Shown piece after piece: positions 25,091 to 32,910 of a stretch of 40,810 nt of DNA (positions are counted from its first letter, which is position 1; every line of letters starts with the position of its first letter). The stretch lies in assembly GCA_041662045.1 (NCBI GenBank), contig JBAZTI010000001.1, forward strand, positions 41,111-81,920, in the 5' to 3' direction. Source of the DNA: Candidatus Micrarchaeia archaeon. GTDB taxonomy: Archaea > Micrarchaeota > Micrarchaeia > Anstonellales > Anstonellaceae. Below the pieces are notes generated by a model, which worked only from the letters and a program-made list of their open reading frames with translations, did no database searches and was not told where the DNA came from. Made by a program: the position numbers and the translations under genes.

Positions 25091-25951
25091 TCATTTTTCC
25101 TTTCCTTCCTGTTCGGCCTTGAAGGAGGAAAACGGCTTGCTTGCCTTCTGGGACCAGAAAGATGGGAGCCTGTTTGCAACGAAACCCTCGAATTCGTCAG
25201 AGTAGACATAGGTGGCGTGCCGCCCTTTTTCCGGAAGCGTTTCAAAGCCGCTGGCTATGCGGCTGTAGATCTCCCCGATTTTCTTGCGCTCGAAGTCCAT
25301 CTGCAAAAGAGACGGCTTTCTGAGCAGGAGGTAATCGGACTGGCGGATGGCGTTTATCTCGAGATTGGATGAGTTTTGGGAAATGAAAAGGACCGAGATG
25401 TCCTTGTGCCTTGCTATCAGGATGAGGGAGGAGAGCAGCTTGTTGGCGCCTGACATGGACTGCCTTGAGGAAAACGCTATCCCTCCCTCGTCCACCAGCA
25501 CAAATGCGCCATTAGGGATGCTGCCAAGCTCCCCTGTGCAGGAGACCCAGGCCGGGAGGGCGGACTGCTCGAAGCCCATTGCATAGACCTGCCGGGTTTT
25601 TTTGGCCGCAATATTTTCAAGCAGGCGCATGCCAAGCGCGCTCTTGCCGCTTCCCCTTGCGCCAAGCACAAGGCCTATCGTGCTTTTAGAGGAATATATC
25701 TTCTCTTCGAATGCTGCAAGGCTTCCCTTCCGGGAGCGAATCTGCTCCAGCGGAATGCCTTCCGCGCGGATTGCCGGCCTTGAGGCGCGCTTGGCCGCGT
25801 CGTTGGACCCCCTGCCAACTGCAACGAGAGCTGAACTAAGCCAGTTGAAAAGCCACCTTGCCGAGACATAAATCACATGGAGGATTGATGAAACTAGCCA
25901 GACCCACGCATTCCACAGGCTGCCCGGAATTCCGGGCTTTTTTCTTGCCAT
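25091..25951 (-). CDS. Zot-like P-loop NTPase with an N-terminal TM segment
   Basis: TM WNAWVWLVSSILHVIYV, Walker A GARGSGKS, Walker B FVLVDEGG, then ARHKDISVLFISQ (like the HRH-x-G-x-D-(I/L)-x-x-x-(T/S)-Q of Zot/pI). Confidence 0.55.
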   Translation of the reverse strand: MARKKPGIPGSLWNAWVWLVSSILHVIYVSARWLFNWLSSALVAVGRGSNDAAKRASRPAIRAEGIPLEQIRSRKGSLAAFEEKIYSSKSTIGLVLGARGSGKSALGMRLLENIAAKKTRQVYAMGFEQSALPAWVSCTGELGSIPNGAFVLVDEGGIAFSSRQSMSGANKLLSSLILIARHKDISVLFISQNSSNLEINAIRQSDYLLLRKPSLLQMDFERKKIGEIYSRIASGFETLPEKGRHATYVYSDEFEGFVANRLPSFWSQKASKPFSSFKAEQEGKEK

Positions 25952-26018
25952 GCTGATGGGTTGGGAGGCTTGGTTTATTAACTTTTGATTGGCTGCGCTT
26001 GGAGGGCATCGGCAGTTA

Positions 26019-26030
26019 TATTAATTAATA
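26019..26030. promoter_or_regulatory. 12-bp perfect palindrome TATTAATTAATA in a divergent spacer
   Basis: Centred near the midpoint of the 141-nt spacer between 25951 (minus) and 26093 (plus). Contains a TAATAA half-site also found in the 57-nt operator repeats. Confidence 0.35.
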
Positions 26031-26092
26031 ACATGTAAGAAATGTTAGAAGGTGACTGGGAACCAAAGGAACTGGAAAACGGGTGAGCATGA

Positions 26093-26767
26093 ATGCCAAA
26101 AGCCGTCAACTACACAGACGAGGAGATTTTGCTTGCGCTTATCTGGTCCATGCCCAAAAAGGTGACCAAGGGCCAGATAGGCCGCCTCCTGGGGATCAAG
26201 TCCGCCGGGCAGAAGCACTGGCGCGAACGGTTGGAGAAGCTGGGAAAAAAGAGCCTGCTTTCGATTGAAAGGCTGGACACCGGGGAACTGTTCTTCGGGT
26301 CGCCCATCCTGAAGTATTACCTTACCGAGGCGAACCTGGAGGCGATTTGGGCCTACTATTTCAGCAACGATGAGCGCACCGGAAGGGTCAACGACCCTTT
26401 CCTGACCCCGTTTTCAGCCGGGATCTGGAATGTCACTTCGTCGCCCGAGTTTTCCAGGCTCGTGGGCTCGAAGTTCAACTACCATTTCCTTTGCGCCAAG
26501 AACGAGGCAAACCCGATAAATGCGTTGGAGCGCATCCGGTCGGCAAGCAAGGAAAAGATTTGGAAAACTATGGACGCCGTGCTCTCTATCGGCTGGAAGA
26601 CCGAGGCATATGGGAGAAAGCCCGTGCTGATGGACACGATGAGCCCCGAGCAGAAAAAGGCGTACAAGACCATAAAGTCGATTTACGACGGGCAGGTCAA
26701 GGCGCATCCGGCCGACTACAAGAAGTTCACTGCGCTGTTTGAGAAGGACTTCAAGTACTACCTCTGA
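26093..26767 (+). CDS. hypothetical protein with an N-terminal HTH-like segment, paralog 1
   Basis: MPKAVNY...TKGQIGRLLGIKSAGQKHWRERLEKLG. About 80-85% identical by eye to 27550..28227. Confidence 0.65.
   Translation: MPKAVNYTDEEILLALIWSMPKKVTKGQIGRLLGIKSAGQKHWRERLEKLGKKSLLSIERLDTGELFFGSPILKYYLTEANLEAIWAYYFSNDERTGRVNDPFLTPFSAGIWNVTSSPEFSRLVGSKFNYHFLCAKNEANPINALERIRSASKEKIWKTMDAVLSIGWKTEAYGRKPVLMDTMSPEQKKAYKTIKSIYDGQVKAHPADYKKFTALFEKDFKYYL
26387..26511 (+). repeat. 125-nt block identical to 27847..27971
   Basis: Compared base by base by eye. Encodes VNDPFLTPFSAGIWNVTSSPEFSRLVGSKFNYHFLCAKNEAN. Confidence 0.8.
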
Positions 26768-26846
26768 GCCGGGCGCATCCGCGAGCCATGGGCGCAAGAG
26801 AGGCATCCACACGCCTAGCCAGGGCCGGATTTTCCAACTCTTACCT

Positions 26847-26903
26847 AATACATAGTTATATATATGTGTATGGTTAATAAGTTATTAGATTAGTAATATG
26901 AAA
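26847..26903 (+). promoter_or_regulatory. 57-nt promoter/operator repeat, copy A (alternating-TA TATA element plus palindrome TAATAAGTTATTA)
   Basis: 49/57 ungapped identity to 29336..29392. TA run at 26857-26865. 13-nt palindrome at 26875-26887. Followed by SD AGGGGTG and the ATG at 26921. Confidence 0.65.
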
Positions 26904-26920
26904 GAATAGGGGTGTATATT

Positions 26921-27184
26921 ATGACCAAGAACGGGCGGATCCTTGACAAGGAGTTTGAAGATGGAATCACAGGCAGGGCTGGCGAACTGCAGAGGGAGGC
27001 GCAAGCCGGGATAAGCCGGGCGCAGGCAGGGGCGCAGTCCGGGATAAACAGGGCGCAGAGCTATGCATACGAAAAAAATGACGAGGTCGAAGCCATGATA
27101 AAGGAGCACCCGAAGGCGTTTGTGCTTGGGTCGTTCATCGGCGGGGTGGCCCTGGGCGCTTTGCTTGGCAGGGGAAACAAGTGA
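26921..27184 (+). CDS. DUF883/ElaB-YqjD-like tail-anchored membrane protein
   Basis: SD AGGGGTG lies 6 nt upstream. Tandem AQ(A/S)GI(S/N)RAQ repeats. The C-terminus EHPKAFVLGSFIGGVALGALLGRGNK resembles the ElaB-family anchor. Confidence 0.5.
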   Translation: MTKNGRILDKEFEDGITGRAGELQREAQAGISRAQAGAQSGINRAQSYAYEKNDEVEAMIKEHPKAFVLGSFIGGVALGALLGRGNK

Positions 27185-27504
27185 GCTTTCTTGATTCGGC
27201 CCTTGCATTTATCGAGGGCGTCAAGAGCGTGATAGATGCCTCTGGCGCGGCCCAGGGCGCCATCTCAGATTCCATCTCAAGCGGCATTGAACGCGCTTTC
27301 AAGAGCATCAGGCGGCCGCTTGAGCAGACCCTGATGAGGACCGCATTCATGTTTGTGAGCGTGTTCTTCATCGTTTGGGGGGCGGCGCTGTTCCTGGACA
27401 GCTTTGCGCCATACCGGGGCACGGGTTTTGTGCTGGCGGGAGCGCTCTTTGGAGCCGTGGCCTCGCTTTTCCTTAAGGAAAAGGAACCCGGGCGCTGTTG
27501 TTAG
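27181..27504 (+). CDS. small two-TM membrane protein
   Basis: GTG start overlaps the previous stop (GTGA). Helices AFMFVSVFFIVWGAALFL and GFVLAGALFGAVASLFL. Confidence 0.5.
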   Translation: MSFLDSALAFIEGVKSVIDASGAAQGAISDSISSGIERAFKSIRRPLEQTLMRTAFMFVSVFFIVWGAALFLDSFAPYRGTGFVLAGALFGAVASLFLKEKEPGRCC

Positions 27505-27549
27505 TGCGGCTATAAGATTCGAAAATATTTTGAAATGGGGGTTGTCAGG

Positions 27550-28227
27550 ATGCCAAAAGCAGCAAATTACTCCAATACTGAGATTTTGCTTGCGTTAATC
27601 TGGGTCATGCCCAAAAGGATGACCAAGGGGCAGATCGGCCGCCTCCTGGGGATAAAGTCCGCCGGGCAGAAGCACTGGCGCGAGCGGCTGGAGAAGCTGG
27701 GAGACAATGACCTGCTGACAGTGGAAACGCTTGACGCAGGGGAGTTGTTCTCAGGGTCGCCTATCCTGAAGTATTACCTTACCGAGGCAAACCTGGAAGC
27801 GATTTGGCGGCAGTATTTCGTAAATTATGATGAGCGCCACGGCTTGGTCAACGACCCTTTCCTGACCCCGTTTTCAGCCGGGATCTGGAATGTCACTTCG
27901 TCGCCCGAGTTTTCCAGGCTCGTGGGCTCGAAGTTCAACTACCATTTCCTTTGCGCCAAGAACGAGGCAAATCCGACCAAGCCCATGGAGAGCGTCGGAT
28001 CGGTGAGCAAGGAAAAGATTTGGAAAACCATGGATGCCGTGCTCTCTATCGGCTGGAAGACCGAGGCATACGGGAGAAAGCCCGTGCTCATGGACACGAT
28101 GGGCCCTGAACAGAAAAGGGCGTACAAGACCCTAAAATCCCTTTATAACGAGCAGATAAAGGCGCACCCTGCGGACTACAAGAAGTTCACTGCGCTTTTT
28201 GAGAAGGACTTCAAGTACTACCTGTAA
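27550..28227 (+). CDS. hypothetical protein with an N-terminal HTH-like segment, paralog 2
   Basis: ATG at 27550 (MPKAANY...). Paralog of 26093..26767. Confidence 0.65.
   Translation: MPKAANYSNTEILLALIWVMPKRMTKGQIGRLLGIKSAGQKHWRERLEKLGDNDLLTVETLDAGELFSGSPILKYYLTEANLEAIWRQYFVNYDERHGLVNDPFLTPFSAGIWNVTSSPEFSRLVGSKFNYHFLCAKNEANPTKPMESVGSVSKEKIWKTMDAVLSIGWKTEAYGRKPVLMDTMGPEQKRAYKTLKSLYNEQIKAHPADYKKFTALFEKDFKYYL
27847..27971 (+). repeat. 125-nt block identical to 26387..26511
   Basis: See the partner entry. Confidence 0.8.
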
Positions 28228-28236
28228 GCCCGCGCG

Positions 28237-28251
28237 TTTTGCAGTTTTTTT
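28237..28251 (+). terminator. oligo-T terminator
   Basis: GTTTTGCAGTTTTTTT lies 10-24 nt after the stop at 28227. Confidence 0.4.
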
Positions 28252-28318
28252 AGACCGCCTAGCTGTGGGCAGTGACAATGGCAAAAGATTGGGAGAGCCT
28301 GGGCTCTTCCAAGGGCAT

Positions 28319-29323
28319 TCACTGCTTCTTATTTCCAGTTTCGCGGGTTTCAATCGCATCTTCAATGAGCATAAGCGAATTAACCAGCACCAGCGGGCCT
28401 ATGATGAACCCAAAAATCCCAAAAACGCCGATTCCGCCAAGCACGCCAACAAGCAGAATAAACGGATGAATATGCGACCTGCCGCCAACAAACCGGGTGT
28501 AGAAGTAAAACTCGATGCCGATCCAGAGGATTAGACCCAGTATGAGTATGCCCCCGGCAGTGGCGTATTGGCCGATTGAGAAATAATAGAGCGCCAGCGG
28601 GATCCAGATAAGTTCGGTGCCAATGCCGGGCATGAAAGCGAATATGAAGACCAGGGCGGCAAAGACCAGGCTCGCCTGAACTCCGACCAAGGAAAAGCCA
28701 ATAAACGCGATGACCCCCTCGAGCAACGAAACCGAGCCATGGCCAAGGACGATTGCGTCGGTCGTGCTCCCGAGCTTGGCGACCGTTTTGTCGTTGTCCT
28801 TGAACGGCAGGTATTTCTTCAGGTGGGAAGAAAGCTCGTCCCATCTGCACAAGAGATAAAACATGCCATTCAGGGTGACGACCAGGCCTATGATAAAGTT
28901 CGGGGCGGACATGATAAGGGAATTGACCAGGGCATCTATGGCCAGGACGATGGATGCCTTGAGCCCGTCTGTGTCGATGTTCAGGCTTTTCAGGAATGGC
29001 TGGCCCAGGAAAGTATCGAGCATGCGCGCAAGCCCTTGGCCCTTGGAGATCCCGCCCACCTGGTTCAGAATCTCGATTGTGATCAGGAAGATGGGCACTA
29101 CCACCAGGATAACCGTGATCGCGAGGCAAAACAATGCCGCCAGCGTAGTGCCGTACCGGGTCTTGAGTATCAGGAACAGCGGCCTGACCAAAAAAGCCAG
29201 GGCGTACGCCGAGATTATTGCGCCAATGAAAGGCAGCACAATCAATGCTGAAAGCAGGATAAACCCTAGGACCACTGCCCAAAGCAAATAATTGTGAAGC
29301 TGGAGCCGGCGCAGCAAGTTCAT
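28319..29323 (-). CDS. AI-2E family transporter (PerM/UPF0118)
   Basis: 334 aa, about 8 TM. FMPGIGTELIWIP and HPFILLVGVLGGIGVFGIFGFIIGP match the family's C-terminal signature. Confidence 0.75.
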   Translation of the reverse strand: MNLLRRLQLHNYLLWAVVLGFILLSALIVLPFIGAIISAYALAFLVRPLFLILKTRYGTTLAALFCLAITVILVVVPIFLITIEILNQVGGISKGQGLARMLDTFLGQPFLKSLNIDTDGLKASIVLAIDALVNSLIMSAPNFIIGLVVTLNGMFYLLCRWDELSSHLKKYLPFKDNDKTVAKLGSTTDAIVLGHGSVSLLEGVIAFIGFSLVGVQASLVFAALVFIFAFMPGIGTELIWIPLALYYFSIGQYATAGGILILGLILWIGIEFYFYTRFVGGRSHIHPFILLVGVLGGIGVFGIFGFIIGPLVLVNSLMLIEDAIETRETGNKKQ

Positions 29324-29335
29324 ATTAGATTATGG

Positions 29336-29392
29336 AATACATAGCTATATATATGTATATGTTTAATAGGCTATTATATTCATAATATGAAA
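29336..29392 (+). promoter_or_regulatory. 57-nt promoter/operator repeat, copy B (TATA element plus palindrome TAATAGGCTATTA)
   Basis: 49/57 identity to copy A. TA run at 29346-29354. Palindrome at 29364-29376, with A:T replaced by G:C symmetrically in both arms. Confidence 0.65.
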
Positions 29393-29424
29393 AACTGCAA
29401 GAACGGAGGAAACAGGCCGTTGAA

Positions 29425-29871
29425 ATGGAGATGATATGGATGGGTAAGCACAACACAGTGTCTGGAATTCTTGTTTTTGTCGTCCTTTTGACGATTGTGG
29501 CGGCCACTGTCATGGTGGTAACTTACGCCACGGGCGTTTTGGCATCGGCAGTTGCTTTTGCGTCATCGGACCAGGTTGCCAAGATGCAATCATGCGGGAT
29601 AGCCGCCCCTCCCGAGTTATTCAAGCTCCAGGCGGACGTTTCAAGCCTCCTGATTCCGGCAATTTATGTGGGTTTCCCGGGATTGATGATAGCCATCGCA
29701 ATACTGATGTTCATAGCGGGGCATTACTACGGCAGCGATAAGGAAGGGCACAGCAGCAGCGAAACCACCGTCACGACTTCCAGCCCGAACAGGAACCATG
29801 GCAAGTACGCGAGGGGCAGGCGTGTTGAGGAGACGCGAACGCAGCGATCGTCCAAGAGCGAGGAAACGTAG
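29425..29871 (+). CDS. two-TM membrane protein with a hydrophilic Ser/Thr/Arg-rich tail
   Basis: Helices ILVFVVLLTIVAATVMVV and GFPGLMIAIAILMFIAG. First gene after operator copy B. Confidence 0.55.
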   Translation: MEMIWMGKHNTVSGILVFVVLLTIVAATVMVVTYATGVLASAVAFASSDQVAKMQSCGIAAPPELFKLQADVSSLLIPAIYVGFPGLMIAIAILMFIAGHYYGSDKEGHSSSETTVTTSSPNRNHGKYARGRRVEETRTQRSSKSEET

Positions 29872-29915
29872 CTTTGAAGATAATTGAAATGAGATAAACA
29901 ACGAGGTGGATAGGT

Positions 29916-30035
29916 ATGGCAAAGAAAAGCAGGGGCGGAAGGATGACAGCGGCCAAGAGGCGCGCTGCGGCTGGCAAGGGCGGAAAGGGAATGGTCAAGA
30001 ATCGCCCGGCAGGAAAGAATATCATGAAGACATAG
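29916..30035 (+). CDS. candidate 39-aa highly basic small protein, absent from the ORF track
   Basis: MAKKSRGGRMTAAKRRAAAGKGGKGMVKNRPAGKNIMKT. GAGGTG lies 6 nt upstream of the ATG. It fills the gap between neighbouring genes. Confidence 0.35.
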   Translation: MAKKSRGGRMTAAKRRAAAGKGGKGMVKNRPAGKNIMKT

Positions 30036-30043
30036 GCTTGGGA

Positions 30044-30823
30044 ATGAGAAGGAAATTGACGGGGGGTTTGATGGGAACATGGGTTTTGCTAATGGCAGCG
30101 TTAGTTGCATCGGTTCTGTTGCCGGGCTGCACAGGCGGCTGCAATGACGCATCATGCACCAATGGCGGATTCTGCATTGGCCTCAACTGCAATGCCACCC
30201 AGCAGCAGCCTGCGCAAAATGCGCCGGCAATCAACGCGAGGACAGGCGCGAACATTGAGCCGTTGGGGGGGTTGCCGCAACAGCAGAAGCAATACACTTG
30301 CTCGCTCACGCTCAACCCGTCAACCATCCCCCCTGGCAGCTCCACAGACATAGGCTTTGCCGTGCAGTCAGAGCAAAAGGTGGTGTTCACTTACAACTGC
30401 GGCAATGAAATACGTGAAATTTCCACCGGCGGCCTGACCAGCGGTTCGAGGCTGTGCCAGTTTGATACTCCAGGCAGCGTGAACGTTTGGATAAAGGCGG
30501 ATGGTGCGGTATGCGCGCAAAAAACGCTTATTGTCCAGCCGCTCCAGACTGCCAAGACATGCTATATAGACCAGGCCAGTGTGAAGCGAGACCTTGCCAA
30601 CTACTATTACGAGGCCAGGGTGCAGTTCTTGGGCTTTGCCCCGCAGGACGAGCTCGTGTGGATATGCGACCGCACCACAGCCAGGCATCCGCTGGGAGGG
30701 GGCGGAAGCGCGGGAATGCCCCTTTACAGCGACATCTACTGCGACTTTGCAAACCAGCCTGTAAACAGCGCCATTGAGGTCTCGATAGGGGATGTTTCGT
30801 GCGGCAGCATTTCAACCAGATGA
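30044..30823 (+). CDS. Cys-rich lipobox protein
   Basis: ATG at 30044. Signal MRRKLTGGLMGTWVLLMAALVASVLLPGC, followed by CNDASCTNGGFCIGLNC and beta-rich domains. The tracked start at 29906 is rejected. Confidence 0.6.
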   Translation: MRRKLTGGLMGTWVLLMAALVASVLLPGCTGGCNDASCTNGGFCIGLNCNATQQQPAQNAPAINARTGANIEPLGGLPQQQKQYTCSLTLNPSTIPPGSSTDIGFAVQSEQKVVFTYNCGNEIREISTGGLTSGSRLCQFDTPGSVNVWIKADGAVCAQKTLIVQPLQTAKTCYIDQASVKRDLANYYYEARVQFLGFAPQDELVWICDRTTARHPLGGGGSAGMPLYSDIYCDFANQPVNSAIEVSIGDVSCGSISTR

Positions 30824-30871
30824 GGAACATGCGGATGCTAGGACCGAATGAGGGAATGTGGAGGGGATGCT

Positions 30872-31135
30872 ATGTCTAGGCAGTATATAGAAATTGGAAC
30901 GCTGATAGTTGCTTTGGTTGCCCTGTGGCTGCTGTTCGTGTTTATCCAGAACCCCGTGGCCCTCCTGGTCAACTCGGTTTTCGCAATCATCCTGCTGATG
31001 CTCTTGAACATCATCTTCAAGGTGGGCATACCCATCAATATAATCACCGTCCTGGTAGTCGCAATAGGCGGCATCATCGGCCTTCTGCTGATACTCCTAT
31101 TCCGATTCTCGAACGTGGCATTCTATAACGAATAA
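30872..31135 (+). CDS. BofA-like small membrane protein 1
   Basis: NPVALLVNSVFAIILLMLLN...GIPINIITVLVVAIGGIIGLLLILL resembles the BofA family pattern (IPIN...LG-PG). Confidence 0.5.
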   Translation: MSRQYIEIGTLIVALVALWLLFVFIQNPVALLVNSVFAIILLMLLNIIFKVGIPINIITVLVVAIGGIIGLLLILLFRFSNVAFYNE

Positions 31136-31146
31136 GAGGTGGGCAT

Positions 31147-31398
31147 ATGGTTTTCTTCGTAGAATTTGGGGCGCTGCTGCTTGCGCTGTTCATTCTATAC
31201 CTGATATACACCCTCCTGAAAAACCCAGTGTATGTCGTTGCCAACGCAGTCATGGGCATCATTGTGTTCATGATTGTGAACATGTTCCTGGTGCGCGACG
31301 TTGCAATCAATTTTTTCTCAATTGCAATAGTTGCAATTGCAGGAATCCCCGGAGTGCTGCTGGTCCTGCTGCTCCATTTCCTGGGCCTTGGGTTCTGA
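31147..31398 (+). CDS. BofA-like small membrane protein 2
   Basis: NPVYVVANAVMGIIVFMIVN...AINFFSIAIVAIAGIPGVLLVLL. Tandem paralog of the previous gene. Confidence 0.5.
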   Translation: MVFFVEFGALLLALFILYLIYTLLKNPVYVVANAVMGIIVFMIVNMFLVRDVAINFFSIAIVAIAGIPGVLLVLLLHFLGLGF

Positions 31399-31422
31399 CG
31401 CCAAGAAAAACGAGGTGCATTT

Positions 31423-32352
31423 ATGGAAACAGACAAAATGGCCCTGCTTTTCGCAGTGGCGGCAATCTCGCTGTTCGCAGCCGGCTGCGCGCAGGAGGGA
31501 AGCGGAGCTTCTGCAGGCCAGGGAAGGGCGGTATTCGCAGTTACTGATGCTGCAGCTGATATGGGCCAGGTATCAAGCATCAAAATGACCGTGGACAGCA
31601 TGCAGGTGCAAAGCCCCTCGCAGGGCTGGATAACCGTTTCATCGGCATCCAAGACCTATGACTTGCTGCAGCTGAAGGCATCCGGCGCAAGCGCGCTTCT
31701 TGCGGATGCTAACCTGACGGCAGGAAGCTACGGCCAGGTCAGGATGCACATATCCAAAGTAATAGTCACTGATTCTTCCGGCGACCATGAGGCAAAGCTG
31801 CCTTCAGGCGACTTGAGGATTGCCGGCGGTTTCGAAGTGGCGAACAATTCCACCACAACAGTTACTTTTGACTTCCTGGCAAGCGAGTCCCTGCATATGA
31901 CCGGAAACGGCTTGTACATCCTGGCGCCAGTTGTGCACCTGCAGGAGAGGCAAGGCGCACAGGTTGACGCCAGCAGCCAGGCAAATGTCAGGATAACCGG
32001 CGGCAGGATTGGCACGGATATGAAGATTGGCATGGATGAGAAGGGCAATGCCGGGGCCGGGCTCGGGATACCTGCAAATGCCAACCTAGCGATTAATGGA
32101 AACGCAGTGGTGGTGCTTGGAACAGGCAAAGGCTCAGTTGAGGGGCAGCCCCCTTTCGGGAACGGATTGAACAATATATGGGCAACTGATGTGACTGCCT
32201 GCACAGCCATTTCCGACCAGCAGGAGAGGCTTTCCTGCATAGCCCAATGGTGCGGGTCGGAAGACAGGGATTACCAGAAATGTTACGACCTTACTGATGA
32301 GGACGACAGGCTCGGATGCCTGAATAAGTGCAACCCTAACTCGAACATTTGA
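31423..32352 (+). CDS. DUF4382-like lipobox protein with a Cys-rich C-terminal module
   Basis: Signal ...AISLFAAGC. AVTDAAADMG...GWITV...YDLLQLK...LTAGSYGQVRMHI matches DUF4382 as I remember it. C-terminus CTAIS...CIAQWC...KCY...GCLNKC. Confidence 0.6.
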   Translation: METDKMALLFAVAAISLFAAGCAQEGSGASAGQGRAVFAVTDAAADMGQVSSIKMTVDSMQVQSPSQGWITVSSASKTYDLLQLKASGASALLADANLTAGSYGQVRMHISKVIVTDSSGDHEAKLPSGDLRIAGGFEVANNSTTTVTFDFLASESLHMTGNGLYILAPVVHLQERQGAQVDASSQANVRITGGRIGTDMKIGMDEKGNAGAGLGIPANANLAINGNAVVVLGTGKGSVEGQPPFGNGLNNIWATDVTACTAISDQQERLSCIAQWCGSEDRDYQKCYDLTDEDDRLGCLNKCNPNSNI

Positions 32353-32373
32353 GGGTCTGGAACGGTGCGGTAT

Positions 32374-32592
32374 ATGCAATTGCTATTGGCGCAATGTGAC
32401 GAGCTTGCTGCGCAAAGGCTAGCAGGGCAGGGGATGTGGGAAGAGTCCCAGCCAGGCCAGGAGGAAGAGCTCAGGCCCATTGAAATCGATATCTCAGAAA
32501 ATGCCAGGCCCGAGGGGGCGCGGGAGTTTCTTCACAATGCAGCTGAGTTCCTCATAATCTCCATTTCCGGCTGCGGCCCCAAAAGGCGGTAA
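32374..32592 (+). CDS. hypothetical acidic protein (72 aa)
   Basis: The stop lies 1 nt before the next ATG, suggesting coupling. No recognisable motif. Confidence 0.35.
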   Translation: MQLLLAQCDELAAQRLAGQGMWEESQPGQEEELRPIEIDISENARPEGAREFLHNAAEFLIISISGCGPKRR

Positions 32593-32593
32593 T

Positions 32594-32905
32594 ATGAAGA
32601 CGTTGATGATAACTGCGTTGCTGCTTGCGTTGCTTATTGCATATGGCTGCGTTTTGCAGCCCCTCCCACAAGCCTGCACAGAAGAAGCGAAAATCTGCCC
32701 TGATGGCAGCGCTGTTGGCCGCCAGGGCCCGGATTGCGAGTTTGCGTCCTGCCCGCAAGCCGAAACTAATTCCACGCCATGCACAGACCATGGCTGGCGC
32801 GAATGCGGCAGTTTCACTGGCTGCGAAGTCTGCGCCTCGTGCCCCGGCTGCGATGCGCCCTCCTGCCAGACCGTGAACTTTTGCGCAAGCATGGGCGCCA
32901 ATTAG
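32594..32905 (+). CDS. small Cys-rich lipobox protein
   Basis: Signal MKTLMITALLLALLIAYGC, then about 14 further Cys in 84 residues. Confidence 0.6.
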   Translation: MKTLMITALLLALLIAYGCVLQPLPQACTEEAKICPDGSAVGRQGPDCEFASCPQAETNSTPCTDHGWRECGSFTGCEVCASCPGCDAPSCQTVNFCASMGAN

Positions 32906-32910
32906 TGGGA

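Noticed and set aside
26093-28227. Diversity-generating retroelement (template/variable repeat) explanation for the paralog pair
   Set aside because: There is no reverse transcriptase in the window. The substitutions between the copies involve all four bases rather than adenine-specific changes, and both copies are full-length genes.
29906-30043. Tracked start at 29906 for the Cys-rich lipoprotein
   Set aside because: It would place about 46 charged residues before an obvious signal peptide and lipobox. The ATG at 30044 gives a normal precursor.
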